NCBI GenBank assembly: GCA_017644325.1
Contig: JAEPLS010000003.1
Coordinates: 73,974-137,973 of the forward strand
Direction: 5' to 3'
DNA: 64,000 bases
Source: Prochlorococcus marinus CUG1438
Lineage (GTDB): Bacteria; Cyanobacteriota; Cyanobacteriia; PCC-6307; Cyanobiaceae
This document shows, one piece after another, positions 9,054-17,406 of this stretch. The translations under genes were made by a program, and so were the position numbers. Under the pieces are notes generated by a model that had not been told where the DNA came from, did not search any database, and saw only the letters and a list, made by a program, of their open reading frames with translations. Position 1 is the stretch's first letter, and each line of letters begins with the position of its first letter.

Positions 9054-10583
9054 ATGCCTTTAAGAGGACTGGCTAAAGCCAAGAACTTCACATTGGGGCC
9101 AACAGCTCCAATGAAAACTTTTACGGAAAATATTCATATACAAACTAAAGAATCAAATAATTTTAGAAATTCAGGAAAGTCTCACAAATTAACTAATAAT
9201 ATTCAGAATGAGAATTTGTACAAGTATGAAAGCAAAATAAAAAGTGATTTTGACGAAATTGTTCCAACTCTTAAGGAAATTGCACGAATACAACATCATG
9301 AAGATTTTATAAAAAAGGCTCAGACAATATCTAGAAAAAATTTGGGAATTGATTTACCCCTTCATATATTAGATAAGTCTTGGGTAAAACCTCTTGATAT
9401 GAGAGCTTTATATGCATGGTGTGCTTTCAAACAGCATGAGAAACTTAGTGATAATTTTTTTAATAATGATCCACTTGAAGGTGCTGCCGGAAGTAGGGAT
9501 GCGGAAGACTTTGAGAAATTTCTTTTAGATTGTGGAATACATTTACTTGATATAACTCCTTGTTCAGATGGGAGATTAGCTCATTCAGTTGCTTATGTCA
9601 TGAGAATACCTTTTAGTTCAGTAAGAAGGAGATCCCATGCTGGAGCACTGTTTGATATCGAAAATACAGTAAATCGATGGGTAAAAACTGAACATAAAAG
9701 ATTTAGAGAGAATATTCCTAATGAAGCTCATAAAGATACCAGGTACTTAAAAGTTGTAACCTATCATTTTAGTTCAGTAGATCCTTTGCATCAGGGATGT
9801 GCAGCTCATGGGAGTAATGACGAGTTAGCTGCAGGAGAAGGTAGAAATAAACTTTATGCTTTCAAAGAGGCTGTAGAGAATAGCTTTTGCTGCGGAGCAT
9901 CTGTGGATTTAATGTTGATTGGACTTGATACAGACACTGATTCATTGAAAATTCATTTGTCAACTAGTGATGGCAATATAGATTTAGAAAAAACTATTTC
10001 TACATTAGATATTTATAATTCAACAATTAATTTTTCGAAAGAGGATGCAGAGAAAGAAATTTGTCAAATAATTTCTGAGCATTCTTCAAAAGAAAAACTT
10101 CAGGGTCTGGAAAAATTTATGTATAAATTAATTGTCAATAATATTTCTCAAATTGACTATGTTAAGAGTTTCTATAATGGTTCTTATGAAGATATTGGTC
10201 ATGCAGAGAGGTTTATTGGAGTAGGCATTGGTTTCAAAGAAGTTCATCTCAGAAATTTAACTTATTTTGCTCATTTAGATACGGTCGAAGAAGGGGCGCC
10301 AGATTTAGATGTAGGAGTGAAGATTTTTACTGGATTAAATGTCTCTCAAGATCTACCCATTCCAGTAGTTATAAGATTTGATTACTCTGGCAAAGTACCT
10401 GGTGCAAAAGAGAGAGCAATAAAAGATTGTGAAAGAGTTAATAATGCGATATCACTTAGATATAAAGATTTAGTTAATCAAGGATTGTTACATACTTGCT
10501 CTACTATTAGAGATAGGGACAACATTCATTCCGCCCAAATTATTGGAATGTCTTTAGATAAAAAATCAGAGGAGGCTCACTAA
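9054..10583 (+). CDS. csoSCA: Carboxysome shell carbonic anhydrase CsoSCA (CsoS3)
   Basis: The 509-aa ORF sits directly after csoS2. It contains the CsoSCA zinc-site context (ITPCSDGRLAHS… and …HQGCAAHGS) and has the conserved operon position. Confidence 0.93.
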   Translation: MPLRGLAKAKNFTLGPTAPMKTFTENIHIQTKESNNFRNSGKSHKLTNNIQNENLYKYESKIKSDFDEIVPTLKEIARIQHHEDFIKKAQTISRKNLGIDLPLHILDKSWVKPLDMRALYAWCAFKQHEKLSDNFFNNDPLEGAAGSRDAEDFEKFLLDCGIHLLDITPCSDGRLAHSVAYVMRIPFSSVRRRSHAGALFDIENTVNRWVKTEHKRFRENIPNEAHKDTRYLKVVTYHFSSVDPLHQGCAAHGSNDELAAGEGRNKLYAFKEAVENSFCCGASVDLMLIGLDTDTDSLKIHLSTSDGNIDLEKTISTLDIYNSTINFSKEDAEKEICQIISEHSSKEKLQGLEKFMYKLIVNNISQIDYVKSFYNGSYEDIGHAERFIGVGIGFKEVHLRNLTYFAHLDTVEEGAPDLDVGVKIFTGLNVSQDLPIPVVIRFDYSGKVPGAKERAIKDCERVNNAISLRYKDLVNQGLLHTCSTIRDRDNIHSAQIIGMSLDKKSEEAH

Positions 10584-10585
10584 TT

Positions 10586-10837
10586 ATGTTAATTTGTAAG
10601 GTTGTAAAACCACTTGTTTCTACCAATAGAATTCCTGGTTTTGAACATAAGCATCTACAAGTTGTATTGGATGGTTCATCAAGTAAGGTTGCAGTAGATG
10701 CTGTTGGCTGTAAGCCAGGGGATTGGGTTATTTGTGTTGGAAGTTCTGCTGCTAGGGAAGCTGCAGGAAGCAAATCATATCCAAGTGATTTAACTATTGT
10801 AGGAATAATAGATCATTGGGATCCTGACAAAGCATAA
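10586..10837 (+). CDS. csoS4A: Carboxysome vertex pentamer protein CsoS4A (BMV/EutN family)
   Basis: The 83-aa ORF reads MLICKVVKPLVSTNRIPGFEHKHLQVV…, EutN/CcmL-like. It starts 2 nt after the csoSCA stop. Confidence 0.93.
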   Translation: MLICKVVKPLVSTNRIPGFEHKHLQVVLDGSSSKVAVDAVGCKPGDWVICVGSSAAREAAGSKSYPSDLTIVGIIDHWDPDKA

Positions 10838-10857
10838 AAAATAGGAGGATAGAAATA

Positions 10858-11106
10858 GTGGAAATCATGAAGGTACTAGGAAGAATGGTATGTACTCAAA
10901 GAGTTCCTGGCTTGGGCCATATGAATTTAAGAATTTTGGAAAATAACAAGGGAAAGAAGTTAGTTGCTGTTGATCCTGTAGGGGCAAGAGAGGGGAACTG
11001 GGTTTTTACAGCTAGTGGCTCTGCTGCGAGATTTGCTTGCCCTAATCCAGAAGTTCAAACAGATTTAACTATTGGCGGGATTATTGATTATTGGGAGAGT
11101 GACTAA
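10858..11106 (+). CDS. csoS4B: Carboxysome vertex pentamer protein CsoS4B
   Basis: The 82-aa ORF reads MEIMKVLGRMVCTQRVPGLGHMNLRIL…. A GTG start is preceded by AGGAGG at 10840-10845. The MExM N-terminus matches my recollection of CsoS4B from other alpha-carboxysomes. Confidence 0.9.
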   Translation: MEIMKVLGRMVCTQRVPGLGHMNLRILENNKGKKLVAVDPVGAREGNWVFTASGSAARFACPNPEVQTDLTIGGIIDYWESD

Positions 11107-11181
11107 AAATTTTAACTTCAAAAATTTATTGAGAAACTTTCTTGAAGGTATAGTGTAATTAGTCTTGAAAAAAAGAATTTA

Positions 11182-11421
11182 ATGTGGACTGAAAGAGAAT
11201 CACCCTTGAGGATTGAAAAAAGATTTGAATTTGAGAAATACTCAAAAATTAGTAAATTCATGGAGAGAATTGAGAAATTATGTAAAGAAAGGGATATCTA
11301 TCCAAATATCAGCTTCGGTAAGAATTTTGTAAGTCTCTCAATATTTCTAGAAAGTAAAGCTATATCCATCAAGGAAAAGGACTTTTCAAAAGATATAGAT
11401 AAATTTTATTTAGAAGATTAA
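11182..11421 (+). CDS. Pterin-4a-carbinolamine-dehydratase-like protein, the alpha-carboxysome RuBisCO assembly factor (acRAF) type
   Basis: The 79-aa ORF (…FEFEKYSKISKFMERIEKLCKERDIYPNISFGKNFVSLSI…) has PCD-fold-like sequence but lacks an obvious catalytic His triad. Its position immediately downstream of csoS4B matches described acRAF genes. Confidence 0.75.
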   Translation: MWTERESPLRIEKRFEFEKYSKISKFMERIEKLCKERDIYPNISFGKNFVSLSIFLESKAISIKEKDFSKDIDKFYLED

Positions 11422-11426
11422 ACCTT

Positions 11427-11675
11427 TTAATAATTATTTGGCTTGGCAATATCTCTTTTAATTAAAGCCATTAAATATTTTGGGGCCTTATATCTTCCTG
11501 GCAGACATCTGTTAAGAGTTTCGAGATGACCCCAACATACAGTTTTTTCTATATCTTTAACTGAGTTCCCTTTTAAAATTAATAGTCTTAGCGCTTTACA
11601 AAATAAAGGATAGCCTGCTTCTAATTCATCTATATTTAGCTTTGCTGCTGACATAGATTCAAGAGGATTAACCAA
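11427..11675 (-). CDS. Hypothetical small protein, 82 aa, with 3 Cys
   Basis: The ORF fills the gap, and I recognise no family. It is convergent with the acRAF-like gene, with 5 nt between the stop codons. Confidence 0.5.
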   Translation of the reverse strand: MVNPLESMSAAKLNIDELEAGYPLFCKALRLLILKGNSVKDIEKTVCWGHLETLNRCLPGRYKAPKYLMALIKRDIAKPNNY

Positions 11676-11739
11676 TTAATAATCTATACAAATATGGTGC
11701 AGATTTGGATTATATTTCAAATTTCTCAATAATTAGAAA

Positions 11740-12132
11740 TTAATCTAGAAATGCGACGCAATCTATCTCAACTTGAACTCCTTTTGGTAGAGATGAAACT
11801 TCCACACAGGCCCTTGCTGGAGGATTCTCTTTATCAAAAAAATCACCATATATTTTATTGACAATTTGAAAATTACTAAGGTCGGTTAAATAAATAGTCG
11901 TTTTTATTACATCCTCTATTTTTGCTCCACCAGCTTTAAGAACTGCTGAAAGATTTTTTAAAACTTGAATAGTTTCCTTCTCTATATCACCTGAACATGT
12001 TATTTCATTTAAAGCTGGGTCAATAGCAATTTGACCAGAACAATAGATAAAATTACCAGCCTTTATTGCTTGATTATAAGGTCCGACTGGATCCGGAGCA
12101 TTTGATGTTTTAATTACTTGTTTGGGGGACAT
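11740..12132 (-). CDS. RidA/YjgF/TdcF-family reactive-intermediate deaminase
   Basis: The 130-aa ORF contains PDPVGPYNQAIKAGNFIYCSGQIAIDP…PARACVEVSSLPKGVQVEIDCVA, the canonical YjgF family sequence. Confidence 0.9.
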   Translation of the reverse strand: MSPKQVIKTSNAPDPVGPYNQAIKAGNFIYCSGQIAIDPALNEITCSGDIEKETIQVLKNLSAVLKAGGAKIEDVIKTTIYLTDLSNFQIVNKIYGDFFDKENPPARACVEVSSLPKGVQVEIDCVAFLD

Positions 12133-12156
12133 TTTTCTAATAAGATACCCATCTAT

Positions 12157-12897
12157 TTAAACCCATAAATCTTTATTTGCTCTTAAAAAAGTAAATTCTT
12201 CTAAATTTTTTGCTCTTAAGAAAAGGTTTATTTTCATTTCTTCATCCAGTAAAAATGGAATTGTCAATTCATTAAGAGAAAGTTTTTTTTCAACTTCCGA
12301 AAGTTTATTTTTTATAAGTCGATCATTAGGCTTGAGGTTCAATGCCCACAATATATTTGCCCTAGTATATTCATGAGCACAATATACAAGAGTATTCTTT
12401 GGTAAAGACTTGATTCTTTTTAGTGAAGAATACATCTGTTGATAAGTTCCTTCAAAAATCCGGCCACAGCCTCCAGAAAATAATGTATCTCCAATGAAAA
12501 GAATAGGATTTCCACTATTCAAAAAGAAAGCAATATGTGAGCTTGTATGCCCTAAAACTTCAATTATTTCTACTTCCTCTCCAAGAATATCCAAAGTCTC
12601 TCCATCTTCTACAGATACATTTTGAAAAGGTATTCGCTTTTTTTCTTTGCAGGAAGCAATCACCTTTGAATTTGGCCATCTTTCAATAAGAGACTTCGTC
12701 CCTCCAATATGGTCTGAATGATGATGAGTTTGCAAAATAGCCTCTAAGTGAAAATTGTTTTCATCTATGTATCTAATTACTGGTTCGTGTACAGATGGAT
12801 CTACAACTACAACGGATTTATCTTTTACCCACAACCAGATGATGTTATCACTTAAAACTCTAAGTCCTATTATATTTCGAGCTTTATTAAATTCCAT
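12157..12897 (-). CDS. gloB: Hydroxyacylglutathione hydrolase (glyoxalase II)
   Basis: It has the metallo-beta-lactamase motif [10 protein letters not shown] and the GloB C-terminus. I place the start at the internal Met ([18 protein letters not shown]…, ATG at 12897), because the longer track ORF to 13077 would overlap the hisG start by 140 nt. Confidence 0.88.
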   Translation of the reverse strand: MEFNKARNIIGLRVLSDNIIWLWVKDKSVVVVDPSVHEPVIRYIDENNFHLEAILQTHHHSDHIGGTKSLIERWPNSKVIASCKEKKRIPFQNVSVEDGETLDILGEEVEIIEVLGHTSSHIAFFLNSGNPILFIGDTLFSGGCGRIFEGTYQQMYSSLKRIKSLPKNTLVYCAHEYTRANILWALNLKPNDRLIKNKLSEVEKKLSLNELTIPFLLDEEMKINLFLRAKNLEEFTFLRANKDLWV

Positions 12898-12937
12898 TGT
12901 TAAATTAGAATGAAGAAGGCTTGGAAGAAATTGATCT

Positions 12938-13576
12938 ATGTTTACTATAGCTTTACCAAAAGGAGCTCTGTTAAAAGATTCAATTTCAACTTTTAAAAGA
13001 GCTGGGTTAGATTTTTCTGACGCTTTGGAGATTAATAATAGATCATTAACCTTTGAATCAAATTGCAAACGAGCCAAAGCCTTATTAGTAAGGAATGGGG
13101 ATGTCCCTGTTTATGTAAGTTATGGTCAAGCTGATTTGGGTATTGTTGGGTATGACGTGTTACGAGAATCTGAATCAAGAGTCGCAAAGTTGCTCGATTT
13201 GGGATTTGGTGGCTGTCATATGTCATTGGCGGTTAAGAAAAATAGTAATTATTCAAAACCAACTGATCTGCCTGCTAATTGTAAAGTAGCGAGTAAATTC
13301 ACAAAAACAGCAAGATCTTATTTTGATGAACTGAATATACCAGTTGAAATAGTCCATTTGACAGGATCAGTCGAACTTGGACCGATTACAGGTATGGCGG
13401 AGGCAATCGTTGATTTGGTAGCAACTGGAAAGACTCTTAAAGAGAATGGTTTAGTTAAAATAGATGATCTTTTCTACTCGACTGCCAGACTAATTGGAAA
13501 TCCTTTATCTATGAGGTTAGATGATAACCATCTCAGAGATACAATTTTATCAATAGAATCTATTAATGCTCTATAG
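12938..13576 (+). CDS. hisG: ATP phosphoribosyltransferase, short form
   Basis: The 212-aa ORF reads [27 protein letters not shown]…[14 protein letters not shown]. Confidence 0.93.
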   Translation: MFTIALPKGALLKDSISTFKRAGLDFSDALEINNRSLTFESNCKRAKALLVRNGDVPVYVSYGQADLGIVGYDVLRESESRVAKLLDLGFGGCHMSLAVKKNSNYSKPTDLPANCKVASKFTKTARSYFDELNIPVEIVHLTGSVELGPITGMAEAIVDLVATGKTLKENGLVKIDDLFYSTARLIGNPLSMRLDDNHLRDTILSIESINAL

Positions 13577-13588
13577 AAGATTAGCTAA

Positions 13589-15385
13589 ATGTTTTTCAAT
13601 GATTTTAGAAGAATTAAAAAGTTAGGTAAATATTTAACTAGAGATAAAAAAGCAATTTATTTAATTTTAATTATTTTGTTGCCTGTGTCTTTCGCTGGAG
13701 CTATTCAACCACTATTAGTAGGTCAAGCAATAACTATTCTTAAAAATGAAAGTACAAATGTTTGGCTAAGTAAAACTTTCTTTGGGCAGTCAATAAATGC
13801 AATAATCTTAACTTTATTTGTAACTGTTTTATTTAGGTTGGTTTTACAAGGATATCAAACCTACAATATCCAAGCAGTTGGTCAACGATTGACAGCAAGG
13901 ATAAGAAGAGAGCTTTTTGACCATGCAATATCCTTGTCTCTTAAATTTCACGATAAAATGCCTGTAGGTAAATTATTAACTAGATTAACAAATGATGTTG
14001 ATGCTCTAGCAGAGGTTTTTGGGAGCGGTGCAGTTGGAGTTATTGCTGACTTTGTCAGCTTGATAGTAATCTCCCTGACAATGCTTTCAATTGATCGGGG
14101 ACTTGCCATTTTATTACTTTTAACTCAAATCCCAGTCTCATATTTTATTATTTGGCTTCAAAAACGTTATAGAAGGGCAAATTATCAAGTAAGAGAGGAG
14201 TTATCTCAACTCAATTCTGATTTTCAAGAGAATCTTCAAGGTTTAGAAGTCGTCCAGATGTTTAGAAGAGAGGCTTTCAATAGCAAGAAATTTTCTAATA
14301 CTGGAGTTGCATATAAGAAAGCAGTAAATGGAACAATATTTTATGACAGTAGTATTTCAGCATTCATAGAGTGGATTTCGCTTGCTGCAGTTTCTTTGGT
14401 TTTAGCAGTTGGCGGGTATCTTGTTACTTCTGGAAATATTGGTTTGGGAACACTAACCACCTTTATTTTATATTCCCAAAGACTTTTTGAACCTCTAAGA
14501 CAGCTTGCAGAAAGATTTACCCAGATTCAGGGGGGACTCACTGCTGTTGAGAGAATAAATGAGTTATTGGATGAGGAAATTCAAATTAAAGATTCTATTT
14601 CCACAAAACATTTTCTAGAAGTTGTTAAAAAATCTAATAAACAATTTAAGGGTAAAATTGAGTTCAAAAATGTTAATTTCTTCTACAAAGAAGGAGAGCA
14701 CATAATAAAGGATTTATCTTTCTTGGTTAACCCAGGAGAGCATGTGGCTTTCGTAGGGCCAACTGGTTCAGGTAAAACTACCATAATTAGATTGTTATGT
14801 AGATTGTATGAACCTCAATCAGGCCAAATATTAATTGATGATATAGATATTAAGGATATTCCTATAGCAACTCTTAGAAATATGTTAGGAGTAGTTTTGC
14901 AAGATACCTTTATCTTTAGTGGAAATGTTGCAGATAATTTGAAACTAAATGCGAACATAGACAATCTTGAATTAAAAAATCTTTGTAAAGAATTAGGATT
15001 AAATAATTTGTTAAAAAAATTACCTGAAGGTTTGAATACTGTTCTTAGAGGGAGAGGGGGGAATCTCTCTTCTGGAGAAAGACAACTTCTTTCAGTAGCT
15101 CGAGTGGCTATTAGAAATCCTGTTGTTTTGATAATGGATGAAGCAACAGCATTTATGGATCCCACTACAGAAGCAACTTTACAAAAGGATCTTGAGAGAA
15201 TTCTAAAAAAAAGGACAGCATTAGTAATAGCTCATAGACTTGCAACTATTGAAAGTTCTGATAAGATTTTAGTCCTGAAGTCAGGTGCATTAATAGAAGA
15301 GGGTACCCATAGTGAATTGAGATTGAAAAAAGGTTTATATTTTCAGCTTTCTGAACTGCAACAAAAAGGATTTGCAAATTTTTAA
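13589..15385 (+). CDS. ABC exporter, fused permease/ATPase (MsbA/MdlB-like)
   Basis: The 598-aa ORF has an N-terminal 6-TM domain, Walker A GPTGSGKTT, the signature LSSGERQ and Walker B VLIMDEAT. Confidence 0.9.
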   Translation: MFFNDFRRIKKLGKYLTRDKKAIYLILIILLPVSFAGAIQPLLVGQAITILKNESTNVWLSKTFFGQSINAIILTLFVTVLFRLVLQGYQTYNIQAVGQRLTARIRRELFDHAISLSLKFHDKMPVGKLLTRLTNDVDALAEVFGSGAVGVIADFVSLIVISLTMLSIDRGLAILLLLTQIPVSYFIIWLQKRYRRANYQVREELSQLNSDFQENLQGLEVVQMFRREAFNSKKFSNTGVAYKKAVNGTIFYDSSISAFIEWISLAAVSLVLAVGGYLVTSGNIGLGTLTTFILYSQRLFEPLRQLAERFTQIQGGLTAVERINELLDEEIQIKDSISTKHFLEVVKKSNKQFKGKIEFKNVNFFYKEGEHIIKDLSFLVNPGEHVAFVGPTGSGKTTIIRLLCRLYEPQSGQILIDDIDIKDIPIATLRNMLGVVLQDTFIFSGNVADNLKLNANIDNLELKNLCKELGLNNLLKKLPEGLNTVLRGRGGNLSSGERQLLSVARVAIRNPVVLIMDEATAFMDPTTEATLQKDLERILKKRTALVIAHRLATIESSDKILVLKSGALIEEGTHSELRLKKGLYFQLSELQQKGFANF

Positions 15386-15915
15386 TGATTTTTAAGAACC
15401 CAGCTTCATTAATAAAGAAATCTAGTACTATTCCTAGAAATGAACTTATACAAAACTATGGCTTAAATTCTTATGAATTCACTCAAAAAAATAATGAAGA
15501 AGTTTTTGTATGTAGTAAAAGTAAAGAGTTAGATCTAATAGAGCTAGATCAACTCTTGCAAACTGTTGGTTGGAGCAGGCGACCAATAAGGAGAGTTAAA
15601 AGGGCTTTAGATTTTAGTATTTTGGTAATTGGGTTATGGCGTCATGACGATAAATTTCCTAGATTAGTAGGATTTGCAAGATGCACTGGTGATGGAATTT
15701 TAGAAGCAACAATATGGGATGTGGCTGTTAATCCTGTTTATCAAGGGCAAGGGTTAGGTAAGGAGTTAATGAAATACATATTGAAAGAGTTAAAAAACAT
15801 TGGTATTTCAAAAGTTACTCTTTTTGCTGATGCAGAAGTTGTTCCATTTTACAAAAGACAGGGTTGGATATTAGAACCAAGAGGTTCTAAATGCGCCTTT
15901 TGGTATGCAAATTAA
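15385..15915 (+). CDS. GNAT-family N-acetyltransferase
   Basis: It has the acetyl-CoA binding motif VNPVYQGQGLGKELMKYIL. The ATG overlaps the TAA of the ABC gene (TAATG). Confidence 0.85.
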   Translation: MIFKNPASLIKKSSTIPRNELIQNYGLNSYEFTQKNNEEVFVCSKSKELDLIELDQLLQTVGWSRRPIRRVKRALDFSILVIGLWRHDDKFPRLVGFARCTGDGILEATIWDVAVNPVYQGQGLGKELMKYILKELKNIGISKVTLFADAEVVPFYKRQGWILEPRGSKCAFWYAN

Positions 15916-16599
15916 CTATTTTTTGTAGTAGTCAGAATATATAGATTTCGTCGATTCACCTTTTAACCATCGTCTTCTAAATTTCCAGTTCTTAAATGCT
16001 TGGAGAAAAATATTGGTTCTTTCCCACTTCCTTGGACTGATAAAAATAGGGATATTCAATTGCTTTAAATCTTTTTTATTTTTTAATCTCCTTAAAAAAT
16101 CTAAGTCCTCCATAAGGGCTATTTTTCTAAAACCATTATTCTTAAGATAAGTAGATTTATGAATTATTAAACCTTGGTCCCCATAGGGTTTTTTTAAATA
16201 TTGGCTCCTAAAATTTACAAGAATCTCTAGGATTCTGTAAATCACCTTTTTATGATTAATTTTAAATGTAAAAAAGTAAATATTTTTTTTGTCTCCTTTT
16301 AAGAGGGATTTTATTTTCCAAAACCAATCATGAGTTAATCTAGTATCAGCATGTAAAAAAATTAGCCACTCTCCCTTTGAATACTTAGCTCCGATATTGA
16401 GTTGTAAACCACGATTCCTTTCATTGCACTTATAAACTTTTGCACCGTAAATATCAGCTACATCAAGAGTTTTATCATCACTGCCGCAATCAACGATAAG
16501 AATTTCTCCCTCTTTCTTAACAATCGACAAGTCTGAAAGCAACAATGGTAAATTATTGGCTTCGTTGATAGTTGGAATGATAATTGAGATTTTAGACAT
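15916..16599 (-). CDS. Family-2 glycosyltransferase (resembles TIGR04283 'transferase 2, rSAM/selenodomain-associated')
   Basis: The N-terminus IIIPTINEANNLPLLLSDL…ILIVDCGSDDKT…HADT is a GT-A fold with a DxD-like motif. The TIGRFAM assignment is from memory and is not computed. Confidence 0.8.
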   Translation of the reverse strand: MSKISIIIPTINEANNLPLLLSDLSIVKKEGEILIVDCGSDDKTLDVADIYGAKVYKCNERNRGLQLNIGAKYSKGEWLIFLHADTRLTHDWFWKIKSLLKGDKKNIYFFTFKINHKKVIYRILEILVNFRSQYLKKPYGDQGLIIHKSTYLKNNGFRKIALMEDLDFLRRLKNKKDLKQLNIPIFISPRKWERTNIFLQAFKNWKFRRRWLKGESTKSIYSDYYKK

Positions 16600-16604
16600 A
16601 TGGA

Positions 16605-17240
16605 TTACTTTCTATTTTCAATATCAGTTATTGTATCTAAATCAATTTTTTTATCTAAAAATTTATATTTTAAATTTGTAGAGGCGAAATTATCAATTGT
16701 ATTTTGAAGAACATTTTCTCTACCCCAATTAATGTCAATAAAAGGAAGATGTAGATATTTAGATATTATTTTTTTTGATAAACCAATAAGCCAATATCCT
16801 CCATCATTAGACGGTCCTAAAATTAGATCATTTTGTTTTAGCTCTTTGATACTATTTAATAAATCTAAATGGCATAAATCTGGAAGGTCAGTACCAATAA
16901 ATATAATATTTTTTATATTATTTTGAGCACAAAAATTTTTATTGATAAGTATTTGTCTCTTCATTTTTTCTCCTAAGCAACCTTTCCCCTGTAAATTAAA
17001 TTTTTTAATTCCTAATGCTTCAGACCATCTTTTACAATTTTTCATCCCCAGGCCAGATATGGCTATAGAAATATCAATTAGTTCATTTTTTTGGAGAGAT
17101 TTGACTACACGAATAGTGTGATTGGTCATCACACTTTGTACTCTTGCAGAATTACTTTTACCTATATCATTTGCCAATCTTGTTTTGCATCTTCCAAAGG
17201 CATGCCATTTTGCCATTATTATCAATAAAGCTTTCTCCAA
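16605..17240 (-). CDS. DUF2064 / CofC-like nucleotidyltransferase-fold protein (resembles TIGR04282 'transferase 1, rSAM/selenodomain-associated')
   Basis: The 211-aa ORF contains LLIIMAKWHAFGRCKTRLA…FIGTDLPDL…LGPSNDGGYWLIGL, the characteristic DUF2064 sequence. Confidence 0.75.
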   Translation of the reverse strand: MEKALLIIMAKWHAFGRCKTRLANDIGKSNSARVQSVMTNHTIRVVKSLQKNELIDISIAISGLGMKNCKRWSEALGIKKFNLQGKGCLGEKMKRQILINKNFCAQNNIKNIIFIGTDLPDLCHLDLLNSIKELKQNDLILGPSNDGGYWLIGLSKKIISKYLHLPFIDINWGRENVLQNTIDNFASTNLKYKFLDKKIDLDTITDIENRK

Positions 17241-17406
17241 TACTTCACCACATTTAAGATAATTATATTCCTATTAAAAAAATAAAATTCACTTATTAAA
17301 GTTAAATCATGCTTTGTTAAAAAATTTTAAATTTGTTGTGATCTTGTGATTTGATAATGGCCAATTATTAAATTCCAACTAGATTAATAATCTAGATAAA
17401 AAAACT

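Noticed and set aside
12898-13077. Long 306-aa version of the gloB ORF
   Set aside because: The extra 60 N-terminal codons overlap the hisG start on the opposite strand and have no similarity to glyoxalase II N-termini. The internal Met gives the usual protein of about 246 aa.
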